Assembly: GCA_000388065.2 (NCBI GenBank)
Contig: KB932207.1
DNA length: 64,000 bases
Source: Fonticula alba ATCC 38817
Lineage: Eukaryota > Protista > Nucleariida
Direction: 5' to 3' (one strand)
Below the pieces are notes generated by a model that was given only the letters and a program-made list of their open reading frames with translations, was not told where the DNA came from and did no database searches. This document shows positions 34,179 to 46,824 of this stretch, in pieces (positions within the stretch are counted from its first letter, which is position 1; each line of letters opens with the position of its first letter). Made by a program: the position numbers and the translations under genes.

Positions 34179-37100
34179 ATGTCGCTGCCAGTGCCAGTAC
34201 CGGTGCCGGTGCCGGTGCCGGTGCCGGTGGTGGCTCCGGCCGCCTCGGGCTCCCTCGGCCAATGGGTCTGCCACTGACGTCTCTCATTGTCCCCCCCCCC
34301 CCCGCCCGGCCCCTCCGCCGGTCCAATCCGAATGCCTGACACCATGCGACCCGGTGCCAGCGCTTCGGGCCAGCTCTTCCGGGCATTGGACTTGCTGCAC
34401 ACGCTGGCGGCGCACCACCTGACAGGGGCCCCGCTCGGCCTGACCTCCTTCACCCGGTCGCTGACCATTATCCAACCGGCCAAGGCCGATGCGGTCCTCG
34501 AGGCCCAGTCGGCCGATGTGCCGGCCGACGTGCTGGCCACCATGCGGCGGACCCTCTTTGATGGCCTGCTCGGGCGGGACTTCAGCATGCAGCGGCCAGT
34601 GCGCCCGGCGCTGGCCCTGCGGGCACTCGGCCTGGCGGCCGCGGCCTGGGGCTCGGTGGCCGCTCTGCCGCACGTGTCCACCCACAGCAAGCAAGCCTGC
34701 CTGGAGATGCAGGTGCAGCTGGGGCTGCTGTGTGCGCGGCTGGTGGCCGCGGTCTCTCGCAGCCCGGCCCTCAGCCGGGTGTCCCGCGCGTGGCTGGAGG
34801 ACGCGGTGCGCGCGGCCCTGGCATATAGCTCGCTGTCGGCCGGCCCGGGCGCGGCCCTGACGCACCCGGTGTCCTCGCTCTTCGGGCTGGCGGTGGATGC
34901 CCGGCCGAAGAACATCATCTTCCTGCCGCCGGTGGCCAGCCCCATGTCCGCGGCCGGGCCCGAGTCGGCGCCCGAGGCCGTTTCCCTGCCCCCAAGCCCC
35001 GGGTGTCTGGTGAACTTCAGCCTGCAGGCCCTACCGGCGGAGGAGTCCCCCTTGGAGGCGGCTCTCCGCCCGGCCGCCGGGCAGCACCTGCCGGCGGACT
35101 TGGGCCTGCTGCGTGCGCGGCCGGTGGGCCGCCTGGCAGCCGGGGCTGCTGGCGCCGCTGCCCGGGCGGGCGATGTCGGGCTGCTGGTGCGCGTGTGCGC
35201 GCCGCAGCTCGACGGCGCGGTGGACCTGTCAGGCGCCCGGGTGCGCATTGGCTTCCACAGCGTCGAGTCGACCCAGCTGAAGCTGGAGTCCCTGTCGCCG
35301 TATCTCGGGCCGGTGTTCGGGCAGATGGCCCCCCTGGCGGCTGGGTCGCTGTCGGGGGCCCTGATCCGGGCGGACCAGGCTCCGGCCGCCTGGGGCGTGG
35401 CCCCGGCTCCCGGGGAGTTTGTCGCGCTGGTTTCATGCTCGGTACGTTGGCCGGCAGTTGCAGCCGCCGGGGGGCCGGCTCCCTTTTCCGGCCCGCCGCG
35501 CCCCTGGCAGTGCTTCACCCTCTGGCTGTCTTGCCCTCGACCCTTCGCTCGGCCGCCAGCCGGCTCCCCGACTGCCGTTCGCTGACACGACCGCCATCTC
35601 CGGCCCCCTGCCGGTGCTTTTTCCCTCCCTCCCTCCCTCCCTCTCTCTCTCTCCCCCTCTCTGGATCGGCGCGTGCGCGTGCCCGGCAAATGCAGCCCGA
35701 GGTCCTCGGCACCGGCCGGGCCATTCGCTTCATTGCTCTCGAATTGGCGGCGGCGGATCACCACTCCGGCGCGGCCTTCCTCCAATTGGAGGCCACCATC
35801 CCCTACCGGTCCACCAAGCACGGCGCCCACTTCGAGCCGCAGCGCATCCTGGCGCCGGGGTCGGCGGACGCCGGGGCCGCCTGCCAGCCTGCCGGGCCCC
35901 AGCGCATCACCCTGGCCGTGGTCGATCCGTCGGAAGTGCCCGGGCAGCTGGGGTTCCCCGGCGGCCGGGCCACCGACGACGCCGTGTGGCTGGCCGCGCG
36001 CATCCGCCGGACCGACTCGCCCTTCGACATGATCCGGCTGGCATTGCCGCCGGTGTGCGATGGCCACTGCCTGGCCGGGGCTGACCCCCGCCCGGGCGAG
36101 CACCATGGCGATTGCCCGGATCGCCAAGGCCCGGCCTTCGAGCCGGGCGCCTGGGTGCGGTTCTTCTCCGGCCGGTCGGCCGAGCTGCCCTCTGCCAGCG
36201 GGGGCCCGTCGGCCAGCGTGGCCGGCGATGCGGCCGCCCGGGTGGACCACACCCCGATCACACTCGATGTGTTGAAGAACAGCGCCGGGCGCATTGCCCT
36301 CACCCGGCCCGGGGCTCTGCTCGCCGGGGGCAGCGAGTGCGACCGGCTGGACCTCTTCGTGCGGGTTGCCCTGCCCGCTCGGGACCCCCGCCGGGCGGAT
36401 GTTCGCCGACGCCTGGCCGAGGCTCGGCCGGCGCCCGGGGCCGGGGCCGGGGCCGGCCGCCCGGCCCCGCGGCTGACCGCCTTCGCGGTGCTCGACAGTG
36501 TCGACGGCGCCGGGCCCGGGGCCGAGCCGGCTCCCCTGTCGGCTGCGGTGGCTGCCTGCCCGGTCCCGGCGCGGGTGCTGCCTTTGCTCCGCTGCCCGGA
36601 GGTCCGGATCCACTATCAGCCCAAGCACCGGCTTCTGGCTGTGGCCACCCTCCAGGCTCCGCTCGGCAAGTGCTGCCCCTCGCTGGCCGGGGTGTTTGTG
36701 TCGTCCTGCGGCCTGCGGGTGCCCTGGCGTGACGATTTGGTGGCCGGCGCCCCGGGCACCGGCCCCACCCCCGGGGCCCTGGCGCACTGGCCCCTGGCCG
36801 CGCCCGAGGGCGGCTTCTTCCTGGCGGCGGGCATGTCGCGCGCCCTGCTCTTCGACCTGCGTGCGTCCTGCTCTGCCCCTCTGGCGCGCCTGTCTCTCGG
36901 CTCCGCGAGCCAATTCCTCCCCCCCCCCCCCACCCGAACCTGGCCCCTGCTGACACCCTCCTCCCATTCCCTGGCCCACTTCCCCCCGTCCCCTCCACAC
37001 ACACACACACACACACCCAAAGCTGTCTCCGACCAGCACCCCTTCCTGGTGCTGGCGGCCTACTTCAAGAAGGTATACATCGAGGATGGCACCGCCTGCC

Positions 37101-38072
37101 GGCACTGTCGGGCCTCCGGCGGCCTGCGAGTAGCCGGCTCCATGCGGGCCTCGCCGGCCGAGGAGGCCGCCCTGCTCGCGGCGCGGCCGACCGATGCCGC
37201 CCCTTCCGACGCCTGGCTCCTCTCGCGCAGCCTCATCCAGCTCCCGGTCATCACCGTACGTGCCCCCCAGGCGCCCTGTGCCTCCCGTGCCCAGATGCAC
37301 GCACACACACACACACACACACATGCGGGCACATGCCCCCCCCCCCNNNNNNNNNNNNNNNNNNNNNNNNNNNNNNNNNNNNNNNNNNNNNNNNNNNNNN
37401 NNNNNCCGGCCGTAGATTCAGGCAACCGCCACATGGTGTGCGACCGAGCAGCCGGGACCCATGCCCTCGGGCAACTGCCTGGCCGCTGGGGGCCTCGGCA
37501 GCAGCCTGCCGCTGTATTGCCAGCTGGACTTGCGCTTCTTCGACACCCCCCCCCGGCCCGGGCCCTGGCGCCTGCTGCTGACCCTCCACTCGCCGGATCT
37601 CACCTTGTGTGGCCCGGTGCAGCAGGTCATCAGCGTTCCGCCAGGCGCCGGGGCCGCCGACGGCCCGGCCTGGCGGACCACCATCTCGCTGGAGGTGCTC
37701 AATATGGCGGCCCTCATCACGGCCCACCCCAAGCCCAGCACCCACTCGCTGCCGGAGATCCGCCTCATTCCCCTGGGCCCGGAGGACAACGTGGTCACCG
37801 GCCGCAGTGCGGCCCTCCACTGTGCGGCCCTCCGCCATCCTCACAACCCGGAGATCACCGGTGCCACTGGGGCCCCGGCGGCGGCGGCCGCCGCCGCCGC
37901 CGCGGCCGCCGGTCGTGCCGGCCGGCGCGCTTGGAAGGGTGCCGCCGCCGGGGGCACGGCGGCCGGGCCGGCGGCCCCCTCGGGCCCCGGCGAATTTGGG
38001 CTGGTGCAGCCGCTCGATTGCTCGGTGGCTTTGCGCGTCGTCAACTCGCACATGACCGTGTCCTTCAGTTAA
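29258..38072 (+). CDS. Probable TRAPP II complex subunit TRAPPC10/Trs130-like protein, about 8 exons
   Basis: Spliced N-terminus IVT|YYDPFGHWPFIAKEL resembles the Trs130 motif V-T-x-x-Y-x-D-P. EPVLHLFVIGAQ|DDIKYQDLRLIIRNW...HLIVMV matches the TRAPPC10 P-x-L-H-I ... Y-K ... W ... L-I-V pattern. A long helical middle and beta-rich C-terminus follow. Seven GT-AG introns are in phase. The family call rests on recalled motifs only. Confidence 0.6.
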
Positions 38073-39601
38073 GACAGTTAATACACCCCACCTTCTGGCA
38101 GCTGTCCATCTGATTGCGGGCGAAGTCGCCCTGCCAGTGGCCGGCCTGCGGGCCGGCGACCGGGTGCCTTCTCTGCCAGTTCCATTTTTTTTTGTCATTT
38201 TTGTTGAGGGGTGTGAATGTCGGGCGGCGCGGAGGGGGGTGGGCGGAATGCTTCGCTGGATGCCACAGGGGGCCCGGCGGACGGGTCCGAGCCCACCGTC
38301 CTCGGCTCGGTGCATGGGTGGGGGTGGGGGTGTGTCTATGTGTGTGTGCGTGTGTGTGTGTGTGTATGTCTCTTTCACGGGCCCGCGGCGCCAGTCATCT
38401 CAAGGCCCGGGGTGATCGAGCAGGGCCGCGCGTCCCCCCTGATCCCGGCGGTGGCCCCCTGTACTCTTGGGCTCGCGCTCGGGCCTTCCCCGGAGGCCGG
38501 AGGGCGAGGGCCATCAGGGACACGGTCTGGGGCTTCTGCCCAGCCCCCGCTACCCTCCCCCCTTGTGGTGTCGGGCCCTTCTCCAAGACAGGGCATTCGG
38601 GTGATGGCCAATCGAACTGACGCGAGATGTCGAGGCGCGATCTCACGGGGGGCGGGATTCAGAGTCTGGGACGCCGACTTGTTATTATCGCCCCCCCCGG
38701 GTAGCCGGCGGCCGGGTACCAGCGGCCGGCCCGAGTGTCCCCGGCCCCTCATGGCAACCAGCCGCGCCAACTGCCCGCAGTGCGATCGACGGGAGCTCCG
38801 GCCCGACCCGTGGCCCCTCGCTGACCAAGCCCCGATGATGACTGCTGACTCGGCGGTCTAACCAATCTCGGCACAGAGCAGCGGATAGTGGGCGTGTTTG
38901 TGTGTGTGCGTGTGTGTGGGGGGGGGGGGGGNNNNNNNNNNNNNNNNNNNNNNNNNNNNNNNNNNNNNNNNNNNNNNNNNNNNNNNNNNNNNNNNNNNNN
39001 NNNNNNNNNNNNNNNNNNNNNNNNNNNNNNNNNNNNNNNNNNNNNNNNNNNNNNNNNNNNNNNNNNNNNNNNNNNNNNNNNNNNNNNNNNNNNNNNNNNN
39101 NNNNNNNNNNNNNNNNNNNNNNNNNNNNNNNNNNNNNNNNNNNNNNNNNNNNNNNNNNNNNNNNNNNNNNNNNNNNNNNNNNNNNNNNNNNNNNNNNNNN
39201 NNNNNNNNNNNNNNNNNNNNNNNNNNNNNNNNNNNNNNNNNNNNNNNNNNNNNNNNNNNNNNNNNNNNNNNNNNNNNNNNNNNNNNNNNNNNNNNNNNNN
39301 NNNNNNNNNNNNNNNNNNNNNNNNNNNNNNNNNNNNNNNNNNNNNNNNNNNNNNNNNNNNNNNNNNNNNNNNNNNNNNNNNNNNNNNNNNNNNNNNNNNN
39401 NNNNNNNNNNNNNNNNNNNNNNNNNNNNNNNNNNNNNNNNNNNNNNNNNNNNNNNNNNNNNNNNNNNNNNNNNNNNNNNNNNNNNNNNNNNNNNNNNNNN
39501 NNNNNNNNNNNNNNNNNNNNNNNNNNNNNNNNNNNNNNNNNNNNNNNNNNNNNNNNGACTGGCCCTTTGCTTGCCCATAACCGGCCGCTCCCAGGGCAGA
39601 C

Positions 39602-40312
39602 ATGTCCATCCTCGGCAAGAACCACCCCTTCCGCATCCGGATCGTGACCGATGGAAAGCTCGGCGAGCTGGAGCGCCGGGAGGCGCAGCGCGCGGCCCTG
39701 ATCGGCATCCACGGCTGCGGGCGCCCGCGCTGCCGCGTGGACCAGGCCGTCGATGACATTCGCCAGACCATCGAAATCGTCACCGAGACGAGCTCCCTGC
39801 TGGAGAAGGACCCCGGCCTGCGGGAGCTCTTCTCGCCCTGCCGGCAGGCGCAGCGCGAGGAGCTACGCCGGCGGCGCCGCCGTCGCCAGCAGCAGCAGCA
39901 GCAGGACCACCACCACCACCACCACCACCACCACCACCATCCCCACAGCCACCAGCAGCATGCCCGCGACTCGGAGCGCGATGGCGACTTCCGCAGCCAC
40001 AGCGATCAGGGCTCGGACTCCGAGGCGAGCTTCTCCGACCGGACGGGCTCCGATTCGGAGGATGCAAGCCCGGGCCCGAGCCGGCGCGGGCGGCCGCGCC
40101 CGCAGCATGTGTGTGGCGAGGCCTGTGTCAATGCCTCCGGCCAGGACATCGAGCTGCGCGTCCCTCTGCGCCGTGCCGCTTACCCAGGCAGCACCGTCGG
40201 TGGGGGGGCCGAGCAGGACGGCTACGATGGCGATGACGACCGGTACTGGGAGCGAGGCTTTTTCGAGCACATCGGCCAGCGGCCGGCGGGCGATCCCACG
40301 GCCTGCGACCAT

Positions 40313-40359
<47 letters not shown>

Positions 40360-43300
40360 GGACCGGCATGGCCGCCAGTCGCGAGAACGGCGCCTGCAAT
40401 CCCGCCACCGAGACGAAGACGCCGGCGCCGATGGCCGCCAGCCTGGCCGGGCCCGTGGCACCCGGGCCCGGACTCGGGCCCGCTCGCCGCTCCTGTCCCC
40501 GGAGGCGCCCGGCCTCGGGCGCCTCCAGCCCCCCTCCACGCCCTTCGGCCTGGGGACCGATGAGCACCTGCCGGCCGATGAGGAGGAGCTCATCTACCGC
40601 CGCCTGGCGGAGGACCAACTGTCACAAGTGTTCTTCACGTGGATCCCCCAGTCGAGTCGGGCGGCTCGGCGCTCGAGCACCGTCGCCCGCCGGGCCAGCG
40701 GTACGGCTCGCTCCTTTTTTCTTTTTTTTGCTCCTTGCGCCTCCTTTTCCCTCCTCGCCTGCCGAGCACGCCACCAAGCCCCAGCTCGGCCCATGGTGTG
40801 CCCGCCTTGCACCCTCTCGGGCCCGGGGACCGGGGGGCGGTGGGGGGGGGCCTCGCCTGTTCGCGGCCGCGCATGCCGATGGCCAGGCCGCGAGGGGGCC
40901 CCCCTGCCGCCTGGCCTCCCTCCCCGCCCCGGCCGCCCCTCCAGCAGCCATGTGGCCGCCTACTGACGAGCTTGTCCCGGGGCCCAGCCGACGAGAGCGA
41001 CTTCTCCAGCGACGAGGAGGGGGAAATGCCCCAGGCCGAGGATGATGCCCAGCCGGGGCCCGGCGGCATGGATGCCCGCCATGCCGCCGGGCCCCGGCGC
41101 CCGGAGGCCCTCTTGCCGTGCCCCTGCCCGGATGCGGACTGCGAGTGTCACATTCTCAGCCAGACGCTGCGCCGGCGGCGGGCCACGCTCGAGCTGTCGG
41201 CCGATCGGCGCCCGGCCGCCGGGCCCGGCAGCAAGCTCGGGCCCGGCGACGATTCGGACATCCGCGGCCTGCTGAACCGGCCGGTGGAGGCGGCCCTCTT
41301 TTGCCCGGACTGCCGGCTGAGCTGCCTGGTGCCGCACGAGCGCCAGCCCGGGCGCCGGGGGCCGGCCCGGCGCGAAGCCCGCCCCCGGCCCGGCCCGCCC
41401 CCGGCCCTGGACCAGAACCACCAGCATGAGGATGATGTGCGCGAGGCCACCGGCCAGGCCCTGGCCCTGGCGCACCTGCAGGACTCCGGGTCCCCGGTGA
41501 CCGACGAGATGTCGCTCTTCATCGCGGCCGGCGGCGCGGTGCCGGACGCCGATGACTACGACTCGACGCACGGCGGGCACTGGCACGACTTCGGCCGGGT
41601 GGCGCGCCGGCATCCGCCCAGCGTCTGCACCGGGTGCCAGCTGTGCCGCGGCAGCAGCGTCGGCGAGGAACTCATCCGCAAGGCGCTGCTGGTGCTGGCC
41701 GGGCGCGATGCCAAGGCGCGCGAGCGCCTGCGCCGCCAGCTGGAAGACCACTCGAATGCCGCGGCCGCGGTGCTGGCCCTCGGCGAGGAGGGCCACCCCC
41801 ATGACCCGGGTGTCAGCGGCTGCGACGACCTGCTCGGCGACGAGAGCGATGACATCACCCCGGACGACAGCGAGGAGGAGACCCTGACCGACAGCGACAC
41901 CGATCCGGAGGACGACTCCGGCAGCCGGTCGGGCATGGGCGGCCCCGGAGGGGCGTTCGGCCAGGAAGACCCGGCCTGGGTCCGGTGCCAGTGCGGCATC
42001 GGGCCCGGCATCAGCCGCGAGGCGGTCCCCCGGGCCCGGGCCCACTCGTCGGTCCTGCACGCGGGTCAGAGCATCCTGCCGCCCGGGCGGCCGCACACCC
42101 CGGGCGAGTACATCCGCGCGGGGATGCGCCCGCCGGCCGCCCCGGCCGGCCAGCTGCTCGGGAGCTTCGTGTCCCCGGCCCCGGGCGGCGGCTTGCGCTT
42201 CCACACGGCCCCGGCCCCGGGGCAAGGGCCGGCCGCCCAGGGCCCCGGGCCCATGGCCGGGATCTTCTCGCCACCCGGGGGGACCGGCGGCCCGGGCCCC
42301 GGGCCCGGCGTCGACATCGGCCACGGGGCCGGGCCCGGGGCCCGGCGCGGCTCGGCGCCCACCGGCACCGCGCCCGGGCCCGGGGCCACCCACCGCCGGC
42401 CGCCACACGTCACCCCGGTCACCCAGCAGGCCGGCGAATTTGGCGAGGTGCTGCAAATCGCCGAGCGCATGTGGCGCGGCGACGCCGGCATGCTGAAGCG
42501 CGACTGCGTGTCGCCCACCGGGGCCCCCTGGTGCGAGCCGCAGCGCATCTCGCCGTTCCCCGGCTTCGCCGGGCCCACCGGCGCGCCGGATGCCGGGGTC
42601 GGCGGGGTCCACGGCCTACCCGGCATCAGCTGCTGGTTCATCCTCACCTTCGCCAATGTCACGGTCTTCGAGACGCCGGCCGGCTTGGTGCTGGTGGATT
42701 GCGGGCACTTTTCCTTCGCGCCGGCCATCACTCGGTGCGTTTGGTGCTTGTCGTGGGTGCCGCCGGCCTGCCCCGGTGGCCGAGGGGGGGGGGGGGGCCT
42801 CTTGCGCCGTCGCCTCTTTGCCCGGGGCTGTGGCAGCTCGGCTGTCGGGTTTCGCCGGGCCTGCCAGCATCTGGCCGCTTGCCAGGCGCCTCCAGCCACT
42901 AACACCCGGGGACACTCATTCCCGGCCGGGGGGCGGCAAACGGATGGCCGGGGCGGGGGAAAAATCATACCCACACACCATGAAGGCGGCTTCGCGAGAT
43001 CAGCCCGCTGCCCATCCGCGCGGTCATCCTGACGCACGGCCACGCGGACCATTGCACCGCGCTGCCGGAGATCGAGAGCTCCTTCCGGCAGACCGTGTCG
43101 CAGACGCTCTTCGCCGCGTCGCCCCAGAAGGTGCGCAACTCGCTGCACCTGGCGCAGGATGGCGGCGTCGGCATGGCGGCCCCGGCCGCGCCTGCCGACC
43201 CCGCGGCCGCCGACCCGCACGAGGGGGACCACCTGTGCGCGGCGGCCGCCAGCCTGGTGGCCGACGGGGGGATTGTCGTCGTGTCGCACCGGTCGCTGCC

Positions 43301-45878
43301 CGGGCGCTTCGATCGGTATGGCCTCCTCCGGGGGCACAACCTCCGGGCCAACAACCGCCAATTCGGCGCCCAGAGCTCCAACTGGCCGCGGAAGTTCCGG
43401 TACCCGGATCGCATGTTCCACCGGGCTGCCCGGCTGGAGCTGGCCGGCCTGCGCCTGGAGATCCGCCATCGGCGCGGCGAAACCGACGACGCGTCCTACG
43501 TGTGGGCGCCGGATCTTGGCGGTGCGTCTGCGTGTGCTTGCTCTGGGGGGCCAGCAGTGAGCCCGGGGGGGGGGGAGGCCGGAAGGGGGAAGCTGCGCGA
43601 GGGCAGCACAACGATCCGGCTCCGGGCTGGCCGCTGACCGAAATCCCATCCACCCGCCGGCCCGGGCGTGCGCAGTGGTCTGCACCGGGGACTTCTTCAT
43701 CTGGGCCGCCCCCAATGCCGGGAACCCGCAAAAGGCCCAGCGCTATGCGGTCGAGTGGGCGGTGGCCCTGCGTGAGATCGCGGCCCTCGATGCATGGGCC
43801 CTGCTACCGGGGCATGGGCCCCCGATGTGCGTGCTCCTTTGTCGGAGCTGAGCTGCCCACTGGTCCGGGGGCGGGGGGGGGACCACAGTCATGGATTGGT
43901 CCTAACACGCACCCACACGCACACACGCACACACACGCACACACACGCACACACACGCACACACACACACACACACACACACGGGCGCATGGACGCCGAC
44001 AGCATCGGGTCCGATCGGGTCCGGCGCGCCCTCACCGACACGGCCCTCTACCTGGAGTCCCTCTGCCGGCAGACCATCCGCGAGATCAATCGCGGCCGCA
44101 TGCTGGACGATGTGGTGCGCCGGGTCCGGCCGCCGGCGCACCTGGTCGGCCGGCCGTACCTCTTCGCCACCTATGACGACCCGGTGTTCGTGGTGCGCAA
44201 CCTGTGGCGGCAGTATGCCGGGTGGTGGTGCCGGGACCCGGCGGTGCTCCGGCCGCCGGCCGCCCGGGAAACCGCCCTGGAGGTGGCCTCGGCGGCCGGC
44301 GGGGCAGCCCGGCTGGCGGCCCGCGCGGCTCGGCTCGCCGCCGCCGGCCGCCTGTCCCTGGCCGCGCAGCTGATTGAGTGGGCCCGCCGGGCGGCCGACA
44401 TCGAGGCCCAGGCGGCCGCGGCGGCGGCCGCCGCCGGGACCGGGGCCACCGGGGTCGGGCCGCCGGCCGCCGGGCTGGCCGCCACCGACCCGGAGCTCTG
44501 GGAGGCGGCCATGGCCATCAGCCTGGCCGGGGGGTATGGGCTCCCGGCGCCCGGGTACCATGGGCAGGCCCGGCTGGCGGCCGGGGCGATGGCGGCGGCC
44601 GCGGCGGCCGCGGCGGCGGCGGCCGCCATGGCCGGCGGCCCGGCCGCCGCGGGGTACCCCTCGCCCGCGGGCTTCCCCGGCGCCGGGAACCCGGCCCTCG
44701 GGGCCGCCGCCGCCGGCACCCCGCACGGCATCCATGGCCTGGCCGCGGGGATGCCCTTCGACCCGCTGGCCGACGCCGGGGCCGCCCTGACCGCCGCCCT
44801 GGAAGCCTTGAACCTGGCGCCGATGCCGGAGCCGGCGGCCGGCGTGCCGACCGCCGTCGGGCCCCGGCCGCCGCCCGACCGCCCGGCCGCCCCGGCCTCC
44901 ACCCCGTTGCTGGTGCAGATCCACCGGATCCGGTCGGCCATCTACGGGCGCCTGGCGGCCGCCGAGTCGGCCCGCATGGCCCGCGGGACTTTCAATGCCG
45001 CGCGCATGGACAGCGAGCGGGCCCTCGGGAGCTGGAAGTGGCGCCGGGCCGAGGCGGCCGGCGCCGCCCGCCGGGCCATCGCCCGCGCCGGCATCACCTA
45101 CGAGGCCGCGCGCACCCTGCAGGCGGTGCGCACCTACTCGGCCGTGTGCCGGCGGCGCCTGCGCCAGGCGTCGGCCACCACCGGCCAGGCGGCCCGCGCC
45201 GTCGGGACCGCCCTCAAGTCCGTGGTCATGGTGATGATCATCACGGTCGGGGCCCTGGCGGCCGTGGTGGCCGGGACCGCTCGCGCGGCGGCCTTCCTCT
45301 GGCCGGCGGTGTCCCGGCGCCGGGCCGGCGGCTCCGCCGGGGCCGGATCCCGCGACCAGCCCGGCGGCCACCATGCCGGCATGGCCACCGCCGGCGGGGG
45401 GGGGGGCTCCGGCCCCGGCGGCCCGGGACCGGCTGCCATGCAGGGCCTCGGGGCCGACCCGCGTGCCGGCCACGGCGGCCCGGGCCTCGGGGCCGACGGC
45501 TTCGCTGGCGGCCTCCCGGCCGGCGGCAGCCCGGAAAAGAGCAAGCTCAAGGCCCTGCTGATGGCGTACTCGGCCGAGGCCGGCGGCAGCGGCCCCGGGC
45601 CCGGAGCCCCGGCCCGCGGGCCCGGTCGCGCCCCCGACCGCCGGACCTACGACCTGTGGGGCAATCCCGTCCCCATGGCCGGCGGGGCCCCGGCGGCCGG
45701 CGGCATGGGGACCTCCTCTCGGGCCGGCTCGCGGACGTCCTCCCCGGTGGCGGGCTTCGCCGCCGCCGGCGGCGGCGGGACACGCGCCCGCCGGAAGACC
45801 GACCCCTCGACGGGCGGCCCCCCACGCCGGGAGCCCTTTTCCTGGTCGGTGGAGGGGGCCTACGAGCAGGGCCGCTGA
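39602..45878 (+). CDS. Alkyl/aryl-sulfatase-like metallo-beta-lactamase with a long Cys/His/acidic N-terminal extension and a C-terminal hydrophobic segment; introns ~40701-40987, 42735-42985, 43522-43675, ~43828-44002
   Basis: Motifs FANVTVFET...LVLVDCG, AVILTHGHADH (HxHxDH), RGETDD, VCTGDFFIWAAPNAGNPQKAQRY, LLPGHGPPI and YDDPVFVVRNLWRQYAGWW (dimerisation domain). The true 5' end may lie in the gap at 38932-39557. Confidence 0.85.
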
Positions 45879-46418
45879 GGGGGATGTGCCCGGCCTTGCC
45901 CCCCTGCCCGGTGGGTTTGTTTGTCAGCGGCGCAGCCCCGAGGCCCGGCCGGGAGGGGCGGCAATCGATCCGAAAATACATGACCACACATGAAGCAACC
46001 GGCAGCCAGCCCGGGTGGGGGCGGGGGGGGGGGGATGCACACGGGGACACGCGTCGCCCCTGGCACCCGCACCCCGCGGCGCGAAGGGCCCCCACCGGCG
46101 GAGGACCGAGGTGGCCGGGTGGCTGCCACCGCGCAACGCGAACACTGGGGCCGGGCCGGGGGGGGGCCAGCCGGGGGTGAGGGTGGGGGGGGGGGGAGGG
46201 GCAGGCGGCGGGCGGAAAGGCGGTCGTGGCCGAGCGTCTCTGCAAGGAGGTGAGTGCACAGAAAAAAAGGAAAAAAAGGCGGCCCCGCGCGTTGGCGCAC
46301 GCAGCAGCACGCGCACGGTCATCGTCCTTGTTCCAGGGCGCGGGGGGGGGGGGGAGACACGGTGGTGGTGCGCGCCTCCGGTGCGATGGGGACCGGAGCC
46401 CAGCGCGGGCAAAAGGAT

Positions 46419-46491
46419 AGCCCACTGTGGGGCTCGAACCCACGACCCTGGGATTAAGAGTCCCATGCTCTACCAACTGAGCTAAACAGGC
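46419..46491 (-). tRNA. tRNA-Lys (CTT), intronless
   Basis: GCCTGTT-TA-GCTCAGTTGGTAGAGC-A-TGGGA CTCTTAA TCCCA-GGGTC-GTGGG TTCGAGC CCCAC-AGTGGGC-T. A and B boxes are present and a TTTT terminator follows. Confidence 0.95.
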
Positions 46492-46745
46492 TATACATGT
46501 GCCCCGTGCCATGTCTTATAAGAGACCCTGGACCGGGCAACGTGTGCCTGGGATTTCCGCCTTTCTGCCAGGCCCACGACGTCCCGCGCGGTGTGGGCCC
46601 TGCAAACGGGCGGAGCCGGCTCGCCCCGGGGTGTGGCGCCCCGGCCGCGGTGACGACGCGACAAGCCGAGAGGTGTGTGCGTCCGTGCCCCCCGGGGGGG
46701 GGGCGAAAACACGTACAAATGTCCATCTTTGAGACCCATCCACAT

Positions 46746-46824
46746 GGTTGGATGGCCGAGTGGTTAAGGCGCTAGTTTCAGGTACTAGTGGGAAACCTCG
46801 TGGGTTCGAGTCCCACTCCAATCA
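46746..46824 (+). tRNA. tRNA-Leu (CAG), class II, intronless
   Basis: GGTTGGA...GCCGAGTGGTTAAGGC-G-CTAGT TTCAGGT ACTAG, variable arm TGGGAAACCTC, GTGGG TTCGAGT CCCAC-TCCAATC-A (A73). TTTT follows downstream. Confidence 0.93.

Noticed and set aside
33521-37324. 1,267-aa minus-strand ORF, and similar long ORFs such as 49683-52517, 54212-55993 and 32473-34386
   Set aside because: These are antisense or off-frame shadows of GC-rich genes, or overlap U4. They are Arg/Gly/Pro-rich, translate microsatellites and contain no motifs.
46776-46782. TCA in the anticodon loop read as tRNA-Sec or a suppressor
   Set aside because: The 7-nt loop TTCAGGT places CAG at positions 34-36. A 7-bp acceptor stem and A73 fit tRNA-Leu.
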